From contig DATGXG010000011.1 of NCBI GenBank assembly GCA_035299085.1, positions 22,640 to 86,639 on the forward strand: a stretch of 64,000 nucleotides of DNA, read 5' to 3'. The translations under genes were made by a program, and so were the position numbers. Positions 39,613 to 48,683 of the stretch are shown piece by piece (position 1 is the stretch's first letter; each line of letters starts with the position of its first letter). The notes below the pieces were generated by a model, which did not search any database, was not told the DNA's origin, and worked only from the letters and a program-made list of their open reading frames with translations. This DNA comes from Bacteroidales bacterium. GTDB lineage: Bacteria; Bacteroidota; Bacteroidia; Bacteroidales; UBA10428.

Positions 39613-40596
39613 ATGGATCAGATCAATTGGGGTATAATAGGTTGCGGCAATGTTACTGAAAAGAAAAGCGGACCTGCTTTCGGTAAAGTGAAAGGTTCCA
39701 AGGTCATGGCCGTTATGCGTCGTGATGCCGTCAAAGCGGCTGATTATGCAAAAAGGCATAATATTTCACAATGGTATAGTAATGCCAACGATATCATCAA
39801 CCATACTGATATTAACGCGGTGTATGTTGCCACGCCCCCTTCGAGCCACGCAGAATACGCCATAAAGGCAATGGAAAAAGGAAAGGTTGCTTACGTTGAA
39901 AAACCTATGGCAACTAATAACGACGAATGCAAAAGAATGCTGGATGCTTCAATAGCCACAGGACAGCCTTTGTTTGTAGCCTATTACAGGCGATACCTGC
40001 CTTACTTCATCAAGGTAAAGGAAATCCTTTCTTGCGGAGTGCTGGGCAACTTATTATATGCAGAAATTGATTTTCATATATCTCCCAGGCAGGAAGATTT
40101 TGACAGGGACAATTTACCCTGGCGACTTAAGCCTGAAATTGCAGGAGCCGGATATTTCTACGACCTGGCCTGTCATCAGCTTGATCTTTTCGAGATGTTT
40201 TTCGGCCAGGTAAAGGCCGTCAATAGCAAATCGTTCAATCGCCGGGGATTATACACTCCCGAAGACACTGTTTTTGCACTTTTGGAATACCAGTCGGGTT
40301 TGCCTGTAAAAGCCTCCTGGTGTTTTGCTGCCGGCAACCAGGAGCATCGCGACATTCTTAAGATTTACGGTAGCCGGGGTTCCCTTGAGTTTTCAACTTT
40401 CGATTTTACTCCTATCCGGTTGAATACAGAAGATGGCCTGCAGGAATTTCTTCCTGAAAACCCTGAGAACATCCAATACTGGTTTATCCGCAATATGGTG
40501 GAGCAGCTTCAGAACGAAGGCCCTGTGTTTGGAAACGCTGAAAGCGCAGTACGCACAAACGCCCTGATGGATAAAATACTGAATAAGAATTTATGA
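39613..40596 (+). CDS. Gfo/Idh/MocA family oxidoreductase
   Basis: WGIIGCG, YVATPP, VEKP, DLACHQLD. Confidence 0.92.
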   Translation: MDQINWGIIGCGNVTEKKSGPAFGKVKGSKVMAVMRRDAVKAADYAKRHNISQWYSNANDIINHTDINAVYVATPPSSHAEYAIKAMEKGKVAYVEKPMATNNDECKRMLDASIATGQPLFVAYYRRYLPYFIKVKEILSCGVLGNLLYAEIDFHISPRQEDFDRDNLPWRLKPEIAGAGYFYDLACHQLDLFEMFFGQVKAVNSKSFNRRGLYTPEDTVFALLEYQSGLPVKASWCFAAGNQEHRDILKIYGSRGSLEFSTFDFTPIRLNTEDGLQEFLPENPENIQYWFIRNMVEQLQNEGPVFGNAESAVRTNALMDKILNKNL

Positions 40597-41717
40597 AAGT
40601 TGTTGCTGATGATAAAATCCCCTTTCTTAAGGGTGTTCTTGAACCTTTTGCAGACATCGTGTACGTAAACGGTTCGAAAATAAGTTCTGATCATTTGCGT
40701 GATGCCGATGCCCTTCTGATCCGCACACGTACTATTTGCAACGAGGCATTGTTAAAAGGATCGGGTGTCAAATTTATTGGAACGGCAACAATAGGCCATG
40801 ATCATATTGATACCGCCTGGTGTGAATCGAATGGCATTACCTGGAAAAACGCCCCCGGATGCAATGCATGGTCGGTAAGGCAATATATAACTTCCACTCT
40901 TTTCAACCTGGCAGCCATACATCAGTTTGATCTTTCTGACAGGGTTCTTGGTGTGGTAGGGGTAGGCAACGTCGGCAGCAAAATTGTAAGAACAGCCGAA
41001 CTGATGGGCATGCGGGTATACCTTTGCGATCCGCCAAAAGTGCGTGAAACAGGAGCATGCGGATTCATATCGCTGAAAGGTATTTTGCGTGAATGCGATA
41101 TTCTTACATTCCATGTACCCCTGAACCGCGATGGTGAAGATAAAACATGGCATATGGTTGACGCGGGTTTGCTTTCATCGGTAAATCCCGGCACCATCAT
41201 CATCAATTCATCCCGCGGAGAGGTGGCTGATGGCACGGCTCTGAAAGCGGCACTCAAATCGGGTAAAATTTCAGGTTTCGTGCTGGATGTATGGGAAAAC
41301 GAACCGGATATTGACCTTGAGCTGATGGCCCTGTGCGACCAGGCAACACCTCATATTGCAGGTTATTCAGTGGATGGCAAAGCCACTGGCACAGCCATGA
41401 TCATTCATGAACTGAGCCGGTATTTCAACCTGCCTCTTGAAAAATGGGAAGCAACGGGTCTTCCTGAACCGGATGAACCGGTTATACACATTGACTGCAC
41501 CGGTCTTCAAACCCATGAAATCATAAGAAAGGCTGTATGGCATACTTATGATGTGAAGGCAGATGACACAAGGCTGAGGTCTGACCCTGCTTTGTTTGAA
41601 AAATTACGGGGCGATTATCCGCCAAGGCGTGAATTCGGGGCTTTTACCGTAAAGCTTTCAGGACCAGGCAGTGCAGCTGGTATGATTCTTCGGAAAATGG
41701 GTTTCATTGTAATATAA
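40593..41717 (+). CDS. pdxB: Erythronate-4-phosphate dehydrogenase
   Basis: TATIGHDHID, NAPGCNA, GVGNVG, DVWENEP, TPHIAGYS, FEKLRGDYP.RRE. Confidence 0.93.
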   Translation: MKVVADDKIPFLKGVLEPFADIVYVNGSKISSDHLRDADALLIRTRTICNEALLKGSGVKFIGTATIGHDHIDTAWCESNGITWKNAPGCNAWSVRQYITSTLFNLAAIHQFDLSDRVLGVVGVGNVGSKIVRTAELMGMRVYLCDPPKVRETGACGFISLKGILRECDILTFHVPLNRDGEDKTWHMVDAGLLSSVNPGTIIINSSRGEVADGTALKAALKSGKISGFVLDVWENEPDIDLELMALCDQATPHIAGYSVDGKATGTAMIIHELSRYFNLPLEKWEATGLPEPDEPVIHIDCTGLQTHEIIRKAVWHTYDVKADDTRLRSDPALFEKLRGDYPPRREFGAFTVKLSGPGSAAGMILRKMGFIVI

Positions 41718-41735
41718 TCTACTAAAATCACTCAA

Positions 41736-43190
41736 ATGAACGAAAAAGCAGATATCGGCCTGATTGGCCTGGCAGTAATGGGCGAAAACCTTGTTCTTAA
41801 TATGGAGAGTAAGGGCTTTACAGTGGCGGTCTTTAACCGCTCTGTCGAGAAAGTCGATAAATTCCTTAACGGAAGAGGAAAAGAAAAAAAATTCATAGGC
41901 GCTCACGATATTGCTGAATTTGTTCTGAGTATTAAACGGCCCCGAAAAGTAATGATGCTTGTTAAAGCCGGCCAACCGGTAGATGATTTCATTGAACTGC
42001 TGATCCCTCATCTTGAAAAGGATGATATTATTATTGACGGCGGTAATTCGCATTTCCCCGATACAATAAGGCGAACCGCTTATGTTGAAAGCAAAGGCTT
42101 ACTGTACATTGGTACCGGCGTGTCAGGCGGTGAGGAAGGTGCTTTGAAAGGTCCTTCAATCATGCCGGGAGGATCTCCGGCAGCATGGGAATCGGTTAAA
42201 CCTATTTTCCAGGCAGTGGCTGCCAAAGTGGAAAACGGTATTCCATGTTGCGACTGGGTAGGAGAGAACGGTGCCGGACATTTTGTAAAAATGGTGCATA
42301 ATGGTATTGAGTATGGTGACATGCAACTCATTAATGAAGCGTACCATATCATGAAGGATCTTTGCGGGCTTACTTATGATGAAATGTACAGGACATTTGC
42401 AGCCTGGAACGAAGGTGAACTCGACAGCTATTTGATTGAGATCACAAGAGATATCCTTGGTTTTAAGGATGAGAATGGAGAGCCGCTTGTGGAAAAGATC
42501 CTTGACACTGCAGGCCAGAAAGGTACCGGAAAATGGACAGGTATTGAAGCCCTTAATCTTGGAGTGCCTCTTACTTTGATTGTGGAAGCTGTTTTTGCCC
42601 GGTCACTTTCATCCTTTAAAGATGAAAGGGTTAAAGCATCAAAGATCCTTACCCGTGTGAAACCCGATTATAGCGGAAATAGGAAAACACTTGTAGGTGA
42701 TATAAAACATGCTCTGTATGCTGCAAAGATTGTGTCATATGCCCAGGGTTACGCCCTGATGAGGAGTGCGGCCCAGGAGTATAAATGGAACCTCAATTAC
42801 GGTGGTATTGCACTGATGTGGCGGGGTGGATGTATTATCAGATCGGCTTTCCTGGGTAAAATTAAAGAAGCGTTCGACAGGAATTATAACCTCGAAAACC
42901 TGCTCCTTGATCCCTATTTCACACAAACTGTGCTCCAGGCACAGGAAGGATGGAGAAGAGTGGTTTCGGCAGCTGTTGAACAGGGAATTCCTGTTCCTGC
43001 CATGTCGTCAGCCCTTGCCTATTTTGACGGGTACCGCTGCGAGCGTTTGCCTGCCAACCTGTTACAGGCTCAGCGCGATTACTTTGGCGCACACACATAT
43101 GAACGGACCGACCAGCCCCGTGGACAGTTCTTCCATACCAACTGGACGGGAAGGGGAGGGGACACTGCTTCAAGTACGTATAATGCATAA
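41736..43190 (+). CDS. gnd: 6-phosphogluconate dehydrogenase, decarboxylating
   Basis: GLAVMG, VSGGEEGA, KMVHNGIEYGDMQ, QAQRDYFGAH. Confidence 0.97.
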   Translation: MNEKADIGLIGLAVMGENLVLNMESKGFTVAVFNRSVEKVDKFLNGRGKEKKFIGAHDIAEFVLSIKRPRKVMMLVKAGQPVDDFIELLIPHLEKDDIIIDGGNSHFPDTIRRTAYVESKGLLYIGTGVSGGEEGALKGPSIMPGGSPAAWESVKPIFQAVAAKVENGIPCCDWVGENGAGHFVKMVHNGIEYGDMQLINEAYHIMKDLCGLTYDEMYRTFAAWNEGELDSYLIEITRDILGFKDENGEPLVEKILDTAGQKGTGKWTGIEALNLGVPLTLIVEAVFARSLSSFKDERVKASKILTRVKPDYSGNRKTLVGDIKHALYAAKIVSYAQGYALMRSAAQEYKWNLNYGGIALMWRGGCIIRSAFLGKIKEAFDRNYNLENLLLDPYFTQTVLQAQEGWRRVVSAAVEQGIPVPAMSSALAYFDGYRCERLPANLLQAQRDYFGAHTYERTDQPRGQFFHTNWTGRGGDTASSTYNA

Positions 43191-43191
43191 A

Positions 43192-43343
43192 CGTCATTGC
43201 GAGGAGCTTGATATATGATTGATTATAGAAGGATTACTGTCGACGAAGCAATCTGCCAGCACAGGAAGAACTGTTCTGGCAGATTGCTTCGTCGCAATAA
43301 ATATTACTATAATCAATCATTTTTAATGCTCCTCGCAATGACG
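43192..43343. repeat. 152-bp CGTC-tagged palindromic element
   Basis: CGTCATTGCGAGGAGC / GCTCCTCGCAATGACG ends; ATGATTGATTATAG and CGACGAAGCAATCTGCCAG internal arms. Confidence 0.88.
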
Positions 43344-43402
43344 AACTTTTCTTGGCCTGTTTTTTGTGTATATTTGTCATGAATTTGGTTCTTTGAATAT
43401 TT

Positions 43403-43798
43403 GGGGCTGTTTTGGCTTTGACAGCAGATTAGCAGGTAAGTAAGCATGCCGGGCTCCGCACGGTATCCCGTTAAACTACAGTGCAAACAATTAAATGGCG
43501 AAGCAAATTACGCGCTTGCTGCCTAATCGAAGTTTAGTAGATTAAGGCTTTATTCCGGCACAAGGTGTCTGAACAAGCTGTTCCTCCGTGGCCATGCTTT
43601 ACGGCGGCGGATCAAGGGGCACATAAAAGGTAAAGCTGGCCGGGTGATATCTCTTAAACCAGGCGAGAAAATAAGAGGATAAGATACGGATGGGCCGCCT
43701 GATGCCAGTCCGTGTACGAAAACCAATATCACGCTAAGCATGTAGAAACCTTATTGGCGGTTTGTTTGGACCCGGGTTCGAGTCCCGGCAGCTCCACA
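43403..43798 (+). ncRNA. ssrA: tmRNA
   Basis: 5' GGGGCTG..TTGAC; tag ORF 43497-43526 GEANYALAA-stop; 3' CCGGGTTCGAGTCCCGGCAGCTCCA; TATATTTG promoter upstream. Confidence 0.96.
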
Positions 43799-43802
43799 AG
43801 AA

Positions 43803-43872
43803 AAATTTGCGATTGGAAGAAATTTACGATTTACGATTGGAAGGAATACCCCTAAAATCGTAAATCGTGAAT
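43803..43872. repeat. (ACGATTT)n arm and start of inverted (AAATCGT)n arm, split by the IS; array continues 45234-45272
   Basis: ATTTACGATTTACGATT vs AAATCGTAAATCGTGAAT..AATCGTAAATCGTGAATCGTAAATCGTAAATCGTAAATTT. Confidence 0.85.
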
Positions 43873-43914
43873 TGTCGATGACTGAAATATGTTGACCAAA
43901 AAAAGGAGGTTAAC

Positions 43915-44328
43915 ATGATGTCAAAAGTAAGTATTCTGGATCAGGAAAAAAGAGCATTATTTAGTCGTAGGTTCAGCGATGACTTTAAAAAAAAGAAAGT
44001 CAAGGAACTTGAGACAAATTTGGTATCGATTAATGAAATTTGTAAAACATACGGTGTGTCAAGGACAGCCGTATATAAATGGATTTACAAATTTTCAATT
44101 ATGGCTAAAAAGAATGTAAGACAAGTGGTAGAAGCCAAGAGCGATACCCAAAAAATTAAGATGCTTGAAGAAAGGATTAAGGAGCTTGAGCGGGTCATCG
44201 GCAAAAAGCAGCTTGAGATAGAGTTTAAAGACAAGATGATCGAAATAGCAGGCATCGATAAAAAAAAACTAAGTTCGAAACTCTCATCTGGTACACCTAC
44301 AACAGATCCGAACACGGGAAAAAAATGA
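43915..44328 (+). CDS. IS3 OrfA (HTH plus coiled coil)
   Basis: FSDDFKKKKV..YGVSRTAVYKW HTH; A9 run at 44260-44268. Confidence 0.9.
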   Translation: MMSKVSILDQEKRALFSRRFSDDFKKKKVKELETNLVSINEICKTYGVSRTAVYKWIYKFSIMAKKNVRQVVEAKSDTQKIKMLEERIKELERVIGKKQLEIEFKDKMIEIAGIDKKKLSSKLSSGTPTTDPNTGKK

Positions 44329-45224
44329 AGGATGTACTAGAAGTTGCAGGAACAAGTAAACAAGGCTTTCATCAGATGTTAAAAAGACGCTATAACAGCC
44401 AGGAGAATCGGGAACAATTACTTCCTATTATACACAAGCTTCGAAAAGATCATCCCAGGATGTCAGCAAGAGATATGTATTTACTCTTGCGGCCACAGCA
44501 CATGGGGAGGGATCAATTTGAACGGTTTTGTTTAAGCCATGGCTTTCGGGTAAAACGTCTGAAGAATTACCGTGTAACTACAAATAGTTATGGTGTTACT
44601 CGTTTTGCGAATCTGATCCGGGATAAAAAGTTGACAGGTATCAACCAGGTTTTTGTGAGCGATATAACCTATTTTGAGATTGGACCAAAATGCCATTATA
44701 TCACACTGATAATGGATTTATACAATAGGGAAATAGTTGGTTGGTCTTCCAGTAATAATCTAAGAACGGAAAGCACCACCATACCGGCATTATACCAATT
44801 GTATCAAACTCGAGGTAGAGATAATGTAAAAGGGGCCATTTTCCATTCAGATGGAGGAGGACAATACTATTGCAAAGAGTTTTTAGCACTCACAAAAAAT
44901 ATCCTAGAGAACTCAATGACAGAAGAAGATGTATATGAGAACTCGCATGCGGAAAGGCTTAATGGCACAATAAAAAACAATTATCTTTATCCATATAATC
45001 CAAAAGATGGATCAGCTTTAATAAAGATGTTGAATAAGGCAGTATTCATGTATAATAACGGAAAGCCACACTGTGCACTCGGAAAACAAACACCAGTAAG
45101 CTATATGAGGCATACTGTTGATAACGAGAATAACTCCAAAGCGAGTTATTTCCCGTTATCAACAGTATATCATATACATACAAATAATAATTTAATTAGT
45201 AACAAAAAAGTCAACGTTATTTAG
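44325..45224 (+). CDS. IS3 OrfB DDE transposase
   Basis: VSDITY, FHSDGGGQY, ENSHAERLNGTIK. Confidence 0.93.
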   Translation: MKDVLEVAGTSKQGFHQMLKRRYNSQENREQLLPIIHKLRKDHPRMSARDMYLLLRPQHMGRDQFERFCLSHGFRVKRLKNYRVTTNSYGVTRFANLIRDKKLTGINQVFVSDITYFEIGPKCHYITLIMDLYNREIVGWSSSNNLRTESTTIPALYQLYQTRGRDNVKGAIFHSDGGGQYYCKEFLALTKNILENSMTEEDVYENSHAERLNGTIKNNYLYPYNPKDGSALIKMLNKAVFMYNNGKPHCALGKQTPVSYMRHTVDNENNSKASYFPLSTVYHIHTNNNLISNKKVNVI

Positions 45225-45276
45225 GCATTGACAAATCGTAAATCGTGAATCGTAAATCGTAAATCGTAAATTTCTT

Positions 45277-46035
45277 CTAGCTTTTATAATAACTTATATT
45301 CCTCACGGTAACCCTGCTGATATTACCGTCGAGTAACTGGGTTTGCTGGATCCAGTTTCCTGCCTCGTCATATTCATATTCATACACAAACCTGAATTCT
45401 TTGTTGCTCGCCGGAAGAATAATTTTGGCTTCAATCACATCATTATTATCATTTCTTTTGAAACGCCTCACTGCTTCTATATTTCCCTTACCATCCTTTT
45501 TTGTTTCCGAAATCACCTGGCCGTTTGAAATTTCATATGTTACTGAACCCACAACATCCCCATCCGCATTCAATGTTATAGTTTCAGCAAGGTCATTTCC
45601 ATTGTACCTGTTTTTATAAATAGCCTGTTTTTTGCCTTTCTCATCCAGGACTTTCACCTTTGAAACTTTGTTACCGGCGAATACATACTGTTCCTTTCCG
45701 GCTTCTGTACCGCCAATGAATTTATCGATCTCCCTGCATTGCCCGTTTTGATTATAGCAATATTTTGAAACCATCGTTATATCGCCGTTTCCGTCGAACA
45801 AAGAGCTTTCAGTCACATTGCCTTGCTCATCGTATGTCATTGCTGTCTGCCTGCATTCCATTATATCGGCAAAAGGACAGCAAATGCTACCCTGGTTATT
45901 GTGGATTGTTTTTGTGAGACTCTTCACTTTCCCTTTCAGATTGGCAGCTTCAAGGTCGGTTTTGATCTGAGTGTTTTGTGTGGTGCATGAAACTGCCGGT
46001 ATGGCAATAAGGCAGAGAAATAACATCTTCTTCAT
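45277..46035 (-). CDS. Lipoprotein with YD/RHS-like beta-hairpin repeats
   Basis: AVSC lipobox, LKGKVKS, YDEQGN, YEYDEAGNW. Confidence 0.75.
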   Translation of the reverse strand: MKKMLFLCLIAIPAVSCTTQNTQIKTDLEAANLKGKVKSLTKTIHNNQGSICCPFADIMECRQTAMTYDEQGNVTESSLFDGNGDITMVSKYCYNQNGQCREIDKFIGGTEAGKEQYVFAGNKVSKVKVLDEKGKKQAIYKNRYNGNDLAETITLNADGDVVGSVTYEISNGQVISETKKDGKGNIEAVRRFKRNDNNDVIEAKIILPASNKEFRFVYEYEYDEAGNWIQQTQLLDGNISRVTVRNISYYKS

Positions 46036-46117
46036 GGTATAGCAGGTTTTTATTTCGAATTTAAATAAACCTGTCTTATGCCTGATTAAAATGAAATTAA
46101 AAATTTGTAATCCTTAT

Positions 46118-46744
46118 TTAAAGCTGGCTGCGACTTCCTGGCATACTGGCTTTCAATTTCTTAATTTCATTGAAATGCTCCATTGTTGTGCGCTCCTTCT
46201 CCAGCCTTGTCTTTTGCTTGTAATCTTCGAATTCTTTCAGAAGGTCAGTGAGTTCTTTCCTCGTTTTAAGGGTTGTTGTACGGTTTTGCTTAAATGTAAG
46301 ATATCCTATAACAAGCATGGCTACAAGGATCCCTAAAATGGTCCACATTATTGTATTATAGGTAGCCTTATGGATTTCAATTCCAAGGATCCGGATGCTG
46401 TTTTTTGTCCTTGTCATGGATTCGAGGTTGTTATTGGTCGAAGCAAGGCTTTGATTTATCGAGTCAATTCGGTTATTAAGCCTGTTTTTCTCCGTGATCA
46501 GATTATTGATTGTCTTTTTTGAACGGGCAAGAGAGTCATTAATATTCTTAGCCAACAACTGAAAGATATCTTCACGGACTGCACGGAAATTCTCATAAAC
46601 CCTTGTATGCTCCTGGGTAAAATTCAATTGTTCGGGAATACTCTGACTACGGTATTCTTCCGGAATCGGCTGACTGTTGCTTTTGAGTGAAAGGGACAAA
46701 AACGCGATAGCGATCAAACTGATTTTAAGTAACGGATATTTCAT
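46118..46744 (-). CDS. Hypothetical protein: signal peptide, coiled coil, single TM, coiled coil
   Basis: Heptad-rich segments around TIMWTILGILVAMLVIGYL. Confidence 0.75.
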   Translation of the reverse strand: MKYPLLKISLIAIAFLSLSLKSNSQPIPEEYRSQSIPEQLNFTQEHTRVYENFRAVREDIFQLLAKNINDSLARSKKTINNLITEKNRLNNRIDSINQSLASTNNNLESMTRTKNSIRILGIEIHKATYNTIMWTILGILVAMLVIGYLTFKQNRTTTLKTRKELTDLLKEFEDYKQKTRLEKERTTMEHFNEIKKLKASMPGSRSQL

Positions 46745-46838
46745 TTTAACGAAAATTTAAGCCTAATTTCCTACATAACGATTGAATGTACTGATTTAGT
46801 ATAACAAAATGCAAACTCAGTTGTTCCGCGACTAACGG

Positions 46839-47492
46839 TTATTGAGCTTTTTTCAACGAACTGATCATCTGTAACGGATCTTCTGCTTTAAAAACGGTCG
46901 TGCCGGTAACCAGCACATTCATGCCGGCATTAAAAAGTGCACCGGCATTCGACAGGGTAATGCCGCCATCAACCTCAATCAATGCGTGCGAATTTGATTT
47001 TTCAATCAGTTTCCTCGTATTCTCAACTTTCCTTAATGATGATTGTATGAATTTCTGCCCTCCGAAACCCGGATTTACCGACATGATCAGGATAATATCT
47101 GCCATGTCGATTACTTCTTCAAGTGCGCTTACAGGAGTATGCGGATTAAGTGTCACTCCTGCTTTCATGCCCAGTTCATGGATTTTCTGGACCGTTCGGT
47201 GCAGGTGTTTGCAGGTTTCCACATGCACTGTAAGATGATCAGCCCCTGCATCCCTGAAATCTTCAATGTAGCGGTCGGGATCAACGATCATCAGATGAAC
47301 ATCGAGAGGCTTCCGGGCAAGATTTTTAACTGAACGAACAACCGGTATACCGAAAGATATATTGGGAACAAAAACGCCGTCCATTACGTCAATGTGAATC
47401 CAATCGGCTTCACTGTTGTTAATCATTTCAACATCACGGCCAAGATTGGCAAAATCAGCTGCAAGAATAGAAGGGGCAATATACCGGGTCAT
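46839..47492 (-). CDS. rpe: Ribulose-phosphate 3-epimerase
   Basis: IAPSILAADF, HIDVMDG.FVPN, DVHLM, MSVNPGFGGQ, EVDGG. Confidence 0.97.
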   Translation of the reverse strand: MTRYIAPSILAADFANLGRDVEMINNSEADWIHIDVMDGVFVPNISFGIPVVRSVKNLARKPLDVHLMIVDPDRYIEDFRDAGADHLTVHVETCKHLHRTVQKIHELGMKAGVTLNPHTPVSALEEVIDMADIILIMSVNPGFGGQKFIQSSLRKVENTRKLIEKSNSHALIEVDGGITLSNAGALFNAGMNVLVTGTTVFKAEDPLQMISSLKKAQ

Positions 47493-47561
47493 AATTATTT
47501 TTTGTCTGCGCAAAAATAAGAAAGTTTAACCGGTTTGCCCAACCTGTTTTTAAATTGACTG

Positions 47562-48425
47562 TCAGCCTAAATAAACCTTCAGTAATTTGCACCGGGTTGC
47601 GTTTTTCAGTCGCTTGATCGCTTTTTCCTTGATTTGACGGACTCTTTCGCGGGTGAGGTTGAACTCCTGGCCTATTTCCTCAAGTGTATACTGATATTTG
47701 GTGTCCAGTCCGAAATAAAGTCGCAGGATATTGGCTTCACGGTAAGTTAATATGGATAAGACCCTTTCTATTTCACGTCGGAGTGAATCGGTAAGAAGGC
47801 CTTTGTCCGGACTGCTTGCATCTTTGCTTAGTAGCACATCATAAAGTGTGCTTTCTTCATCGTCTTTAATTGGAGCATCCATTGAAACATGCCTGCTGGC
47901 ACTTTTCATGGCATCTTTTACATCATCAGTCGCCATTTCAAGCATTTCGGCAATTTCAAGCACAGATGGCTCCCTTTCATAACGTTGTTCAAGATCAGAA
48001 AAAGCCCTGTTGATTTTGTTTATCGAACCTATTTTATTGAGTGGAAGTCTTACTATCCTTGCCTGTTCGGCAAGGGCTTGCAATATCGATTGCCTGATCC
48101 ACCATACGGCGTAAGAAATGAATTTAAATCCCCGTGTTTCATCAAAACGTTGCGCGGCTTTAATAAGTCCCAGGTTGCCTTCATTAATCAGATCGGGCAG
48201 GCTTAGTCCCTGGTTCTGGTATTGTTTTGACACAGAGACAACGAACCGGAGATTCGCTTTTATAAGCTTTTCAAGAGCTTTGTGATCGCCCTTGCGAATG
48301 CGGGATGCGAGTTCAACTTCCTCTTCGGTTGTAAGCAAATCCACTTTACCTATTTCGTGGAGATACTTGTCGAGCGAAGGTGTCTCACGGTTGGTGACTT
48401 GTTTGACAATTTTTAATTGTCTCAT
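47562..48425 (-). CDS. RpoD/SigA-family sigma-70, Bacteroidota type without region 1.1
   Basis: MRQLKI start, [35 protein letters not shown]. Confidence 0.93.
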   Translation of the reverse strand: MRQLKIVKQVTNRETPSLDKYLHEIGKVDLLTTEEEVELASRIRKGDHKALEKLIKANLRFVVSVSKQYQNQGLSLPDLINEGNLGLIKAAQRFDETRGFKFISYAVWWIRQSILQALAEQARIVRLPLNKIGSINKINRAFSDLEQRYEREPSVLEIAEMLEMATDDVKDAMKSASRHVSMDAPIKDDEESTLYDVLLSKDASSPDKGLLTDSLRREIERVLSILTYREANILRLYFGLDTKYQYTLEEIGQEFNLTRERVRQIKEKAIKRLKNATRCKLLKVYLG

Positions 48426-48683
48426 ATGAAATGGTTTAGGGTTGCTTTAGTACAGGGCTGGAATACATAGGTCTTATAAAATTAACAAATTTTATCACTC
48501 GTTATTCAATAAAAAAATATCTTTTCGGTTGTGTATTTGTTATGAAATCCGTATTATTGCATCAGAATTCCCGAGCAAATTCCATCAACATATACGTTTC
48601 TAGTCCCTATTCCTTTTGCCAAGCAAGCGAAATTGTTATTTTGATGTCGATTGAAACTCTTTAAAATAAATCAATCTTAATTT

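Larger units (their letters stand above)
43873..45233 (+). mobile_element. IS3-family insertion sequence, 1361 bp
   Basis: TG..CA ends, IRs 18/24 (TGTCGATGACTGAAATATGTTGAC vs TGTCAATGCCTAAATAACGTTGAC), AAT direct repeat, orfA/orfB. Confidence 0.93.

Noticed and set aside
43550..43741. 63-aa minus-strand ORF
   Set aside because: Antisense to tmRNA
43403..46035. Integrative element at ssrA
   Set aside because: Only an IS3 with its own ends; no att duplication or integrase
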